Below are positions 36,694 through 45,494 of a DNA stretch of 52,003 bases, one piece after another. The position numbers and the translations under genes are program-made. How positions within the stretch are numbered: position 1 is the first letter of the stretch; the number at the start of each line of letters is the position of its first letter. The stretch lies in IMG/VR virus record IMGVR_UViG_3300032163_000019, positions 1-52,003 of that record; one strand, 5' to 3'. Below the pieces are notes generated by a model. The model was given only the letters and a program-made list of their open reading frames with translations, was not told where the DNA came from and made no database searches. The stretch is from a virus (Duplodnaviria > Caudoviricetes).

Positions 36694-36780
36694 ATGAAAA
36701 TCATAATTATCAGGATCAAATGTAGCGCCAAAGATTGGCGCCGGGCGTGGCTGGCCGCCGTGGCCCGGCTGAACAACTAA
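36694..36780 (+). CDS. 28-aa small ORF (not in the ORF track)
   Basis: AAAGGA RBS; MKIIIIRIKCSAKDWRRAWLAAVARLNN. Confidence 0.4.
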   Translation: MKIIIIRIKCSAKDWRRAWLAAVARLNN

Positions 36781-36801
36781 AACAAGGAGGAAAAACTATC
36801 T

Positions 36802-37122
36802 ATGAACACAACTGAATTTGATTTCAAGGATGGGCAAGGCCCAGTCCCGGCTCACAAACATCCCAGAGGGGGTGGGTGGGTAGCCAATACTGCATATGTG
36901 GCCGATACTGTGTATATCGGACCAGATGCGCGTGTTTTCGACAAGGCATTTGTATGCGGAAATGCGCGGATAAGCGGGGAGGCCCGCGTGTGCGGCCAAG
37001 CGGTAGTGAGCGGATATGCAATCGTGCTTGGGACTGCAATCGTTGGTGGGACCGCGGAAGTTGCTGAGAATGCCCGCGTGGGCGAAGACACCCGCATAGG
37101 CGACGGGAGGGTCATAGAATAG
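36802..37122 (+). CDS. Hexapeptide-repeat (LbH) protein, paralog 4
   Basis: EFDFKDGQGPVPAHKHPRGGGWVANTA head; shorter repeat tract. Confidence 0.88.
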   Translation: MNTTEFDFKDGQGPVPAHKHPRGGGWVANTAYVADTVYIGPDARVFDKAFVCGNARISGEARVCGQAVVSGYAIVLGTAIVGGTAEVAENARVGEDTRIGDGRVIE

Positions 37123-37163
37123 ACTATAACCACAAGTAAGAAAAATAAGAAAAAGGAAAAAGA

Positions 37164-37610
37164 ATGCCGGAAACTAGTACCTCGCTCGACGAGCGCTTGC
37201 GGCGCGCGAAAGAAAACGTTGTGGCAACAACGCACGCGGCCAGCGTCGCCAAGGAAACATTGATCCACTTAATGCGCGAAACGCAAAAAAAATACTGGAA
37301 GCTAAGGCTGGACGCAGGTTCAGCGTTCGCGGAAAAAAGTTACGAAGCGGCGCACGCGGCCATCGTCGCGCAAAAAATGGGGGAAAAGGATTGGGCGGCC
37401 GCGGAAGACGCCGCGCGTCAAGCGGCGTGGGATTTTGCGGAGGCCAAAGAAGAAGCTTGGTTAGCGATGGAAAAAGAAACGCTACAAATAGTTTGGGACA
37501 CGTGGGAAACAAACCACGAAACGGCAACCGCGCAAAACCATGACGACTCAGCCTACTGGCGCGACGCGGAAATCGAAAACAGGAAAACCGATGAACAAAA
37601 TGACAGATGA
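37164..37610 (+). CDS. Ala-rich helical protein (AEDAARQAAW family)
   Basis: AAGGA RBS; motif shared with other island genes. Confidence 0.7.
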   Translation: MPETSTSLDERLRRAKENVVATTHAASVAKETLIHLMRETQKKYWKLRLDAGSAFAEKSYEAAHAAIVAQKMGEKDWAAAEDAARQAAWDFAEAKEEAWLAMEKETLQIVWDTWETNHETATAQNHDDSAYWRDAEIENRKTDEQNDR

Positions 37611-37882
37611 TCGTTATGACAAACAGGAGTGATAAAAATAAGGAGGAGGGGAATACGGAGGCTTCATCTGTCGAGTCGGGAATAAAGGGGACAGCCTATG
37701 ATGAGCTTCGCGCCTTCGTTCTCTCCCTGACGGCGATCCAGTCTACAAGTATGATTGCCACTTGGATGGAGGAAATAGCCAGTAGCGAAAAAAAAGGACT
37801 GCATCTAAAATTTGAACACGGACACATTGTGTCCGAACCGGAAAACATAACGCATAACACAAACGAAAGGAACGTAAAATGA
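37607..37882 (+). CDS. Hypothetical protein
   Basis: ATGA overlaps at both ends. Confidence 0.5.
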   Translation: MIVMTNRSDKNKEEGNTEASSVESGIKGTAYDELRAFVLSLTAIQSTSMIATWMEEIASSEKKGLHLKFEHGHIVSEPENITHNTNERNVK

Positions 37883-38211
37883 AAACAGTATTATTTTTTC
37901 AAGGCGCCGTGGCGGGATTCCGGACGTGGCTGGAACGGAGCCGCGTCGTCGCGACGTTTGATATTCCTGGAGATTTTGAATGTCATTTTAGACACGCGGG
38001 TCCTTGCCCATTTCTGAAATGTGGGTCAAATATTAACGGGGGAAGATGTGTTATATTCAAGGAGGTAATTTTAATACCGCAAGACGTTAGCTCTGAAGAC
38101 GAGGACGCGGATGATGAAGATTACATCAATACATGGTACGCAAAAGACGCCCGATGTTCCCGCGCATTCGGATTACGCGGGGCCCAGGTTTTTTTGTCGG
38201 TAAAAAAATAA
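37879..38211 (+). CDS. Cys-containing hypothetical protein with an acidic patch
   Basis: AAGGA RBS. Confidence 0.6.
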   Translation: MKTVLFFQGAVAGFRTWLERSRVVATFDIPGDFECHFRHAGPCPFLKCGSNINGGRCVIFKEVILIPQDVSSEDEDADDEDYINTWYAKDARCSRAFGLRGAQVFLSVKK

Positions 38212-38633
38212 CTTATGCTACGCTACGCCATGTATGCTATAATTGTTAGCGCCGTTTTTACGCGGGCCAGCGCAAACTGGCTCCCTATACGCCCGTAAAC
38301 AGTCTCCGGTTGCGCGCCTTTTTATGGCTGGAAATGTCCCGCGAACGCCGATACTTTTACCCGCAATTCCCTTCCGCAAAAAATATTTTTTACGCCAAAA
38401 TTATCCTCGTTTTACCGCCCAGTTCAGCCCCAAAACTACCCCTCCGCCAGTAGCCGTTTGCCGTACCAAAACGTTTCAGTTTTTTTAGCGGAAACAAGGC
38501 GGTATAAAGGCGTTATGGAGGCGGTATTGGTGATATGGCGGGGGAGACAAAAGATGATAAAAGTGGTATAAAAATTAGGACAAATATTTTAACATATTTC
38601 AATAAGCGCCGAAACGTAACGGCTGGTGGGACT

Positions 38634-38785
38634 TGGTGATATGCTGGTGATATGGATTTTTCCTTTATACGTATAGCAAAAACAATGGGTTATGTACTAG
38701 CATATCACCATATCACCTATATCGCTACTTTTAAAAAAAAAAAAAAAAAACTTTTCCCGTACGCGTACGCATAGTGGTATCGCGT
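38634..38785. other. Origin-like element B: inverted iterons around an IHF-like site, then A18
   Basis: TGGTGATATG x2, TATACGTATA, AAACAATGGGTTA, CATATCACC x2, CGCTACTTTT plus 18 A. Confidence 0.6.
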
Positions 38786-38909
38786 TTTTTGCCAGTTTGG
38801 CGCCGACTTAGTTTTGTTTTTTTAACGGCGCCCCCGCAGCCTCCAAAAAGTACCGCGACCGCGGGGCGGTTCTCGCCGCTCCAAAAACTACCGCCGGTAA
38901 AAAAATCAG

Positions 38910-38939
38910 TTGACAACGAAATCGAAATTCGGCAATAAT
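38910..38939 (+). promoter_or_regulatory. Sigma70-like promoter for the head genes
   Basis: TTGACA-18 nt-AATAAT upstream of the portal. Confidence 0.55.
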
Positions 38940-38969
38940 GCGGAAAGTATAAATTTAAACTTATTATGG

Positions 38970-40376
38970 GTGGGTAAAATCAGCTTGTCTCGATATTGGC
39001 CGTTCGCCACTTCCAAAAGCGCTCCCCCCGTCGCCGTATCGTTCGACGCTAAAATCGCCGCGGCGATTATATCCCCCTGGCAAGAATCAAAACCGCTCTA
39101 CCGCATAAACGATCTGCAAGGCCAGGTCAACGCATATAGCAAATGGGTTTACCGTTGCGTCCAGGTTATCGCCGACGCGGCGTGTAGCGTTCCTTTTCGT
39201 TTGTTCACCGTGCAAACAAATTCTAACCAGGTTAAAGGTTTTCGACACAAGGTTGTCGAAAAGAAAAAGCTGGATTGGATGGAGGCGAATAACCCAGCGG
39301 TTAGAAATGCTATACGCAAAGCAAGCGGCGTGATGGTGGAGGTCCAGGACCATCCGTATTTTGAGCTTATGAGGACGGTTAACCCGTTCATGAATAATAT
39401 CGATATTCAAAAAACCAAGTTCATATCCGATCGGTTAACTGGGAATTCTTACTGGTACAAGGTCAAGGACAAGGCCGGGCGTATAGTTGAGCTATGGCCG
39501 TTGGCGCCGCAGAACATGGCGGTTATACCGTCGAGCAAGAATTTTATTGATGGGTACGAATACCGGAATGGCGGCAAGAAAATTAGGTTTGAGGAGCATG
39601 AGATAATCCATTTCAAGGACCCGTCTCCGTTTGATCCATATTACGGCATGTCCCCTTTGGCGGCCGCGGTGACTCCGGTAACGCTTCAGGCGTATATGGA
39701 TAAATTTAATACCGACTTGTTCGCCAACATGGCGCGGCCAGAGGTTATACTATCGAGTGAGAATACTCTTACCGATGACATGGTGACGAAGATCAAGACG
39801 CGGTGGAAAGAGTTTACGGGGTTTGCGCAAGGCAGGAGCGGAGACGTCGTGGTGATGGGTAGCGGGTTGAGGATTGAACGGTTGACGATGAATCCGCAAG
39901 AATTGAGTTACAATGAATCGGCGGTCATGCGGCGGAATGAGATATTCGGGATTTTTGGAGTGCCATTGACGAAGGCGGACCCATCGCAGATAGCGGCCAA
40001 CAATGAGGCGAGCGATATTCAGTTTTTGCGAGACACGGTATATCCGTTGTTGGTTCGTGACCAGGAAAAGCTCAACGAAAAGTTGCTATCGGAATATGAT
40101 GACAGGTTGTTCGGCGCGTATGATGATCCCATTCCCGCTAACCGTCAGTTTGAAATGACGCGGAACATTGAGTACGTTAAGGCGGGGATTAAAACGCGGA
40201 ATGAGGTGCGGGTAGAAGAGGGATTGGAGCCGTTACCGCCGAGTGAGGGGGATGTTATACCGCCGTTTCAAGGGGCGGGTATACCGGGGGTGGCCCCCAA
40301 TATATCGTCCGCGGCAGGTGTGAAAGATATTGCGGAAGGAGTAAGGAAAGCGTTGTATGGGCGGTATATCCGATGA
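38970..40376 (+). CDS. HK97-family portal protein (start uncertain)
   Basis: WVYRCV, LTGNSYW, ELWPL, EIIHF, YGMSPL, FGVP and TRNEVR...GLEP motifs. Confidence 0.93.
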   Translation: MGKISLSRYWPFATSKSAPPVAVSFDAKIAAAIISPWQESKPLYRINDLQGQVNAYSKWVYRCVQVIADAACSVPFRLFTVQTNSNQVKGFRHKVVEKKKLDWMEANNPAVRNAIRKASGVMVEVQDHPYFELMRTVNPFMNNIDIQKTKFISDRLTGNSYWYKVKDKAGRIVELWPLAPQNMAVIPSSKNFIDGYEYRNGGKKIRFEEHEIIHFKDPSPFDPYYGMSPLAAAVTPVTLQAYMDKFNTDLFANMARPEVILSSENTLTDDMVTKIKTRWKEFTGFAQGRSGDVVVMGSGLRIERLTMNPQELSYNESAVMRRNEIFGIFGVPLTKADPSQIAANNEASDIQFLRDTVYPLLVRDQEKLNEKLLSEYDDRLFGAYDDPIPANRQFEMTRNIEYVKAGIKTRNEVRVEEGLEPLPPSEGDVIPPFQGAGIPGVAPNISSAAGVKDIAEGVRKALYGRYIR

Positions 40377-40388
40377 CGGGGGCGTTAA

Positions 40389-41150
40389 ATGTGTTTTGAG
40401 TGTGAGATGACAAAGGCGGTTAGCGGACATCGGCGGGCGGTTACGGCGCGGTTTCTGAGGCGCACGGGGGAATACGAGGATCGGTTGGCGCGTAAACTAA
40501 TACCGTATTTTGGTAAGCAAAAAAAAGTTGTGTTGGCGCTACTACACGCTACGGCCACAAAATCTATTACCGATGTAGAACAGGCGGCCTGGGATGACTT
40601 GGACGCGGAGCTTCAGGCGTTGATAAAACCGTTGTACGATGAGATTATACTATCTACCGGGGGGATCATAGCGGCGGACATAGGCGCGTCGTTTAGCGTT
40701 TTAAACGACCGCGTATTGGCGTTTGTGGAAAGCAAGTTGGCTAAGATCGTTGATTGCAATCGTACAACGCAAGACGCCATTGAAGCCGTGTTGCGAGCGG
40801 GGCTCGAACATGGCGATGATATACAATTTATCGCTAACGGTATTGAGGGCGTGTTTGAGGACGCGATTGGCAACAGGGCGGTTGTCATAGCGCGGACGGA
40901 GGTTATTGGCGCGTCTAACTGGGCCACGTTTGAGGCATACACTCAGAGCGAGGTAGTGGCGCTCAAAGAATGGTTAACTACCGTGGATGGGCGGCAACGT
41001 CCGGCGCATGAGGACGCCAACAACCAGGCGGTGCCGCTGAAAGAGCCGTTTATCGTTGACGGTGAGGAGCTCATGTACCCAGGGGATCCGGCGGGATCGG
41101 CGGAAAATATAATTCAATGCAGGTGTACGCTGGTTGCGGTAATAAAATAA
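40389..41150 (+). CDS. Minor head morphogenesis protein (SPP1 gp7 / Mu gpF family)
   Basis: RAVVIARTE, KEWLT..DGR.RPAH and YPGDP...IIQCRC motifs. Confidence 0.9.
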   Translation: MCFECEMTKAVSGHRRAVTARFLRRTGEYEDRLARKLIPYFGKQKKVVLALLHATATKSITDVEQAAWDDLDAELQALIKPLYDEIILSTGGIIAADIGASFSVLNDRVLAFVESKLAKIVDCNRTTQDAIEAVLRAGLEHGDDIQFIANGIEGVFEDAIGNRAVVIARTEVIGASNWATFEAYTQSEVVALKEWLTTVDGRQRPAHEDANNQAVPLKEPFIVDGEELMYPGDPAGSAENIIQCRCTLVAVIK

Positions 41151-41154
41151 ATGC

Positions 41155-41182
41155 TTGACGTGGGTATTATTTACCGTATAAT
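41155..41182 (+). promoter_or_regulatory. Sigma70-like promoter upstream of the prohead protease
   Basis: TTGACG-16 nt-TATAAT. Confidence 0.55.
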
Positions 41183-41218
41183 AATACTGTGCTTGAGTTA
41201 AATGATGAAGGATGGCTT

Positions 41219-42739
41219 ATGAGCGATGATTTTTCTCTTGGCGATAAACGATCCGTTGATTGCCGATCTCGCAAAGAGTTTGACGATGCGGAACGGAGTC
41301 TGGTGGCGTATGCGTCCACGGAGACGGTTGATCGTGACGCCGAAATTGTTAAAGGCGACGCCTGGGATTTTACCCGGTATAAAACTAATCCCGTTGTATT
41401 ACTATCCCACGATAGTAAATCCTTACCCGTGGCCAAGGTTGTTTGGATTAAAAACGGCGTGGACGGGTTGCAGTTTAAAGCGCAGTTCGCGTCTACCCCG
41501 GCGGCGCTGGAGGTATACCAGTTGTATAAGGAGGGTATTTTAAGCGCCTTTTCCGCTGGGTTTATCGCTAAAACATGGGCGGAGGGTAAAACGTTTGACG
41601 ACGCCAGATATAAAAAAGCGAAGCGTGTGTATACCGACGTGGAACTGCTGGAAATCTCTTGTGTGAGTATTCCGTCGTGTCCAGACGCGCTGGTACAGCG
41701 GACGGTTAAGGGGTTCATCAAGGACAAGTTGCTGGAAGCCAGTTTGCGTTCCGTGTTGGCCGAAGTGATTAATAAATCCTATACTCACACTGACGAGGTG
41801 GTGGCGGATGAACCCGATTGGGGGAGCGTTGATAAATCATCGTTGCCGCGTGAGGCGTTTGCCCCTGTACCGGTGGAGGGATCGAACAAAAGTGATTGGA
41901 GTTATCCGCATCATTATGTCGTGGGTGGGGGTAATAAAGATGACGCCGGTATTTATACGGACGGTATTCTTTATTTGCATACGGGGGGATTAAATGCCGC
42001 CTGGGCCGCGGCGCAAGGGGCGCGTTCGGGGGAGCAAGCCGCTGCGGATGTTATCGCGCATTTAGAGGCGCACAGGGAAGCGTTGAAACTGAGCGCGGAA
42101 TCGGCCACGGACGGCGCGGCCACGGCGGAAGCGAAAACGAAACAATACGCTGTTAAAACGATTGGATTGGCGGGTACGCCGTCGGTGTTTGATATCATCG
42201 ACGCGATCAGATATGCTTTGTCTGTAACGCCCGCGGGGTTCAGCGTGATCCATGTGGAGGATATGTTCCCCGTATCAGCGTTGAGCGGGGGATGTATTGT
42301 GGAGCTAGAGACGGCTAATAATCCTACTACTTCTACTTATTGGCATTACGATTACCGGTACGATGTGGCGTCTAATGTGGCGACTATGTTTAACCCAGTC
42401 GCCGTCGAAGAGATGTATGCGCGGAAATTCGCGGGCAATAAAGTTACTAAAGCGGGCCGTGAACTTAGCGCAAAAAATATCGCCACATTGACTGAATGCG
42501 CGTCAACGATGCGCGGTACGGCGGGAATGATTGAGGGGATGTTGAAAGGCAAGGCGCTTATTCCGATTGACACCGCTCCCACGATTGACAGGGCCCCCAC
42601 GATTGACATCGCTCCCACGATTGACATAACCGACTTGCGGCAGTTAATGAAAGCCGCGATTGACAGGGCTACTGTAGCGTTTGATATTAATATCATGATA
42701 CAACGCGCTATTGACAAGCGGATGGGCAGGTTGACGTGA
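41219..42739 (+). CDS. HK97-family prohead protease with long C-terminal extensions
   Basis: ASTETVDRDAEIV, NPVVLLSHD, FSAGF and ELLEISCVSIP; YPHH domain; KAGRELSAKN. Confidence 0.9.
   Translation: MSDDFSLGDKRSVDCRSRKEFDDAERSLVAYASTETVDRDAEIVKGDAWDFTRYKTNPVVLLSHDSKSLPVAKVVWIKNGVDGLQFKAQFASTPAALEVYQLYKEGILSAFSAGFIAKTWAEGKTFDDARYKKAKRVYTDVELLEISCVSIPSCPDALVQRTVKGFIKDKLLEASLRSVLAEVINKSYTHTDEVVADEPDWGSVDKSSLPREAFAPVPVEGSNKSDWSYPHHYVVGGGNKDDAGIYTDGILYLHTGGLNAAWAAAQGARSGEQAAADVIAHLEAHREALKLSAESATDGAATAEAKTKQYAVKTIGLAGTPSVFDIIDAIRYALSVTPAGFSVIHVEDMFPVSALSGGCIVELETANNPTTSTYWHYDYRYDVASNVATMFNPVAVEEMYARKFAGNKVTKAGRELSAKNIATLTECASTMRGTAGMIEGMLKGKALIPIDTAPTIDRAPTIDIAPTIDITDLRQLMKAAIDRATVAFDINIMIQRAIDKRMGRLT
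42566..42628 (+). repeat. 18-bp tandem repeat x3.5 (IDxAPT)
   Basis: ATTGACAnnGCyCCCACG units. Confidence 0.9.
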
Positions 42740-42819
42740 CGTGAATGTGACCCGGCATAAATGACTTTTAGCGGGGTAGTAATAGGATTAGTAACTTAAC
42801 TTTTTTGAGGATACGGAAA

Positions 42820-44076
42820 ATGACTAAGGACGAAACGGACGCTCTCCTGAAAAGCGTAAGCGATAACGTGGGTATGAAATTTCAGGAATACGGCGCCGCG
42901 ATTGGGGAGGCCGTGGACAAAGCCGTGGACGCCCACTTGGGAGGGATGGCTCCTCACAACAGGAAAAACATTCACGGCGGGGCGGTGACGGTGAGGGAAC
43001 CGTTGCCGGATATACTCGCCAACAGGGGTAAGTTTTTTCAGACCGTCCACAAGGCGGCAACCGATGGCGGCGTTAAAATCAAACTGGCGGAAGCGCTGGA
43101 ACTGTATTGGAAAACCAAGGCTCCGAGCGGTATGAATACCGTGATGTCGGCGGACGGCGGCTTTTTGCCCACGGCGGAAATTATGGCGGAGATTAAAGCG
43201 GATACCTATGATACGGGCGGTCTGCTGGCCAGTTGCGACGTAATGCCTCTGGGCGGTAACAACGACTCGCTGATTTGGAAGGAGCTTGTTAATGAGGATC
43301 GGTCTACCGCCGGAGCGTTTGGCGGTATTCGCGCTTATCGAAACTCGGAGGGGGCCACTGTCGCATTCAGCGGTATGAAATTTAGAGAACGCGAAATCCG
43401 GGTAAAAGACATGATGGCGCTTGTCCCGGTGACTAACCAGTTGTTAGGCGACGCCACTTCTTTGGGGGCGTTCATTGGTAATTATACTCCGGCGGCTTTC
43501 AACGATTTGGCGGACGAGGAAATATACCGTGGTAATGGAGCGGGCGAATGTTTGGGCGTGTTGGACGCCGCATGTACCCTTTCCGTGGCCAAGGAAACTA
43601 ACCAGGCCGCGGACACTATCCTGTTTGAAAACATCCAGAAGATGTTTATAAATTTCGATCCCGCTAAACTGGCGGGGGCGAAATTTTATATTAACCCGCA
43701 CGCTCAGGCCCAATTGTGGAAAATGAGTTTGCCAGTTGGTACTGGAGGTAGCGCCGTGTATATCCCCGGCGGTACGATTGACAAAGCCCCGTTTGGTACT
43801 CTTATGGGTATCCCGGTAGTGGCCAATCATACACTGTCCAAGTTGGGGGACAAGGGGGATATCATGCTCGCCAACTTCAAGGATTACCTTGTCGTGGATA
43901 AGGGTGGGATTGATGGCGCGGAATCGATGCACGTTTTGTTCGCCACGAACGAGATGATGTTTCGGTTTGTCTGGAGGATTAACGGAATGCCAAAACCCGT
44001 TGCTACCATTACTCCGAAACACGGCAACACGGGGGACAAGTTGTCTTCGTTCGTGACTTTGGCGGAACGGGCTTAA
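42820..44076 (+). CDS. Major capsid protein (HK97 fold)
   Basis: ADGGFL, GNGAGECLGV, TLMGIPV, LGDKGDI and FRFVWRINGMP motifs. Confidence 0.93.
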   Translation: MTKDETDALLKSVSDNVGMKFQEYGAAIGEAVDKAVDAHLGGMAPHNRKNIHGGAVTVREPLPDILANRGKFFQTVHKAATDGGVKIKLAEALELYWKTKAPSGMNTVMSADGGFLPTAEIMAEIKADTYDTGGLLASCDVMPLGGNNDSLIWKELVNEDRSTAGAFGGIRAYRNSEGATVAFSGMKFREREIRVKDMMALVPVTNQLLGDATSLGAFIGNYTPAAFNDLADEEIYRGNGAGECLGVLDAACTLSVAKETNQAADTILFENIQKMFINFDPAKLAGAKFYINPHAQAQLWKMSLPVGTGGSAVYIPGGTIDKAPFGTLMGIPVVANHTLSKLGDKGDIMLANFKDYLVVDKGGIDGAESMHVLFATNEMMFRFVWRINGMPKPVATITPKHGNTGDKLSSFVTLAERA

Positions 44077-44086
44077 CAAGTAACGA

Positions 44087-44126
44087 TCTTATTACCGCAT
44101 GGGTTAAGCGCCTTGCGGTAATAAGA
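44087..44126 (+). terminator. 13-bp hairpin after the capsid gene (terminator or mRNA stabiliser)
   Basis: TCTTATTACCGCA / TGCGGTAATAAGA; no strong U-tract. Confidence 0.55.
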
Positions 44127-44145
44127 ATATAAATGGAGATTGACG

Positions 44146-44613
44146 ATGGCTATTTTTACTGAAGAGGCGCAAGTCTCGCAGGGGTTGTCCCCGCAAGAGC
44201 TCAATGGTGGCGCTAAAACTTCTGACTGGATTGGGGTGGGCAATTACGATCACGTGACCGCGTTTGTGTATATCGGGGCGCACGGGGCGGCCACCACGTT
44301 GACCGTCAACGAGGCGTCCGATAACGCCGGTACTGGCCCCACTACCATGGCGTTTAAATATCGCAAAACGGCGACGACTCTGGTTGACGATTGGGGCGCG
44401 GTTATTTCCGTGGCCGCCACGGGCGTGGCCACCAGCGGTTCAGTCGCCGGGCAGATTTACGCTATCGAGATCGATAGTTCCGATCTTTTGGCGGGTAACG
44501 ACTTTGTTCAGATTGGGTTGTCTAACCCAGGGGCGTCCGTCATAGCGAGCGTGATGTTTGTTGGTTCGCACGGCCGCGTTAAACAGGAGGTCCCCGTTTC
44601 GTTGCAATCCTAA
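44146..44613 (+). CDS. Capsid decoration/cement-like protein
   Basis: Follows the capsid gene; beta-rich; YAIEIDSSDL motif. Confidence 0.6.
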   Translation: MAIFTEEAQVSQGLSPQELNGGAKTSDWIGVGNYDHVTAFVYIGAHGAATTLTVNEASDNAGTGPTTMAFKYRKTATTLVDDWGAVISVAATGVATSGSVAGQIYAIEIDSSDLLAGNDFVQIGLSNPGASVIASVMFVGSHGRVKQEVPVSLQS

Positions 44614-44636
44614 TGTGACGTAATAGGGTTATTACT

Positions 44637-44861
44637 ATGGAAAAGGATATTGGGCTTCGCTTGCTGGAAAGCGTTGAGGTGGGCGGAAAACTTATCCCGA
44701 TGGGTACGTTTATCCGGTTGCCGTATGACGCATTTCTGCAAGCGTTTCCGGAGTATAGGACGGCTCCAAAATCGTTCATAGAATCGGCGGTGAATAAAGC
44801 CGTCGATTCTATCACTACTATCAAACGCGGGCGCGGTAGGCCCGCTAAATCATTAATTTAG
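44637..44861 (+). CDS. Small head-region protein with an AT-hook-like RGRGRP tail
   Basis: Context and motif. Confidence 0.6.
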   Translation: MEKDIGLRLLESVEVGGKLIPMGTFIRLPYDAFLQAFPEYRTAPKSFIESAVNKAVDSITTIKRGRGRPAKSLI

Positions 44862-44872
44862 GAGACGGTAAT

Positions 44873-45433
44873 ATGCCTGTTACTTTGATCGGCGCCAGGT
44901 GGGTGGGCGGATACCTGGAGTTGTATAATACCGTCACTGGATCGACTATTGTCACGGTTAATACCGCCGGTATTTCCAGGGCGAGCCAAGAGCGTGTGAT
45001 GAACATTTCGGCGAAAGCTGGAGCTACGGCTGGGTGGACCGTTGGTGGCGGGGCGGTTAACGTCGGTATTTTGGCGACGCTTCCTGCGTCGCAAACGTCA
45101 TCGACGTTGGTTGTCCCCATCACAGGGCTTAAGGTGGGAGACACTATCACAGCGTTTAAACTTAACGCTCAGATTGAGAGCGCTGGCGGCGCGGTGACTT
45201 TGGACGCGGACTTGCGGAAACGGACTTGCGCGGCGGGCGACTTTTCGGATGCCTCCGTGGGCGCTATTACTCAGGTGGCGGTGACGGCGGATACGGCGGT
45301 AGCTTCCGCCAAAACCGGGTTGTCCGATACCGTGGCTGCGGATGAGGTATTTTACGTTTTACTTACCGGTACTACCGCGGCGGTGACTGACATTGACCTG
45401 GGATCGATTACGGTTACGGTTACTGAGTCGTAA
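44873..45433 (+). CDS. Virion structural protein (Thr/Ala/Val-rich)
   Basis: AGGAG RBS; composition and context. Confidence 0.6.
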   Translation: MPVTLIGARWVGGYLELYNTVTGSTIVTVNTAGISRASQERVMNISAKAGATAGWTVGGGAVNVGILATLPASQTSSTLVVPITGLKVGDTITAFKLNAQIESAGGAVTLDADLRKRTCAAGDFSDASVGAITQVAVTADTAVASAKTGLSDTVAADEVFYVLLTGTTAAVTDIDLGSITVTVTES

Positions 45434-45494
45434 TTATAATGCTTACCGCATTCTCGGTGCGGGACTGAACCATTGAGTATGGGAGTTTAATGTT

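Noticed and set aside
38243-38916. Short ORFs and the TTG 38910 extension of the portal
   Set aside because: The region looks non-coding, and TTG 38910 is part of the TTGACA -35 box.
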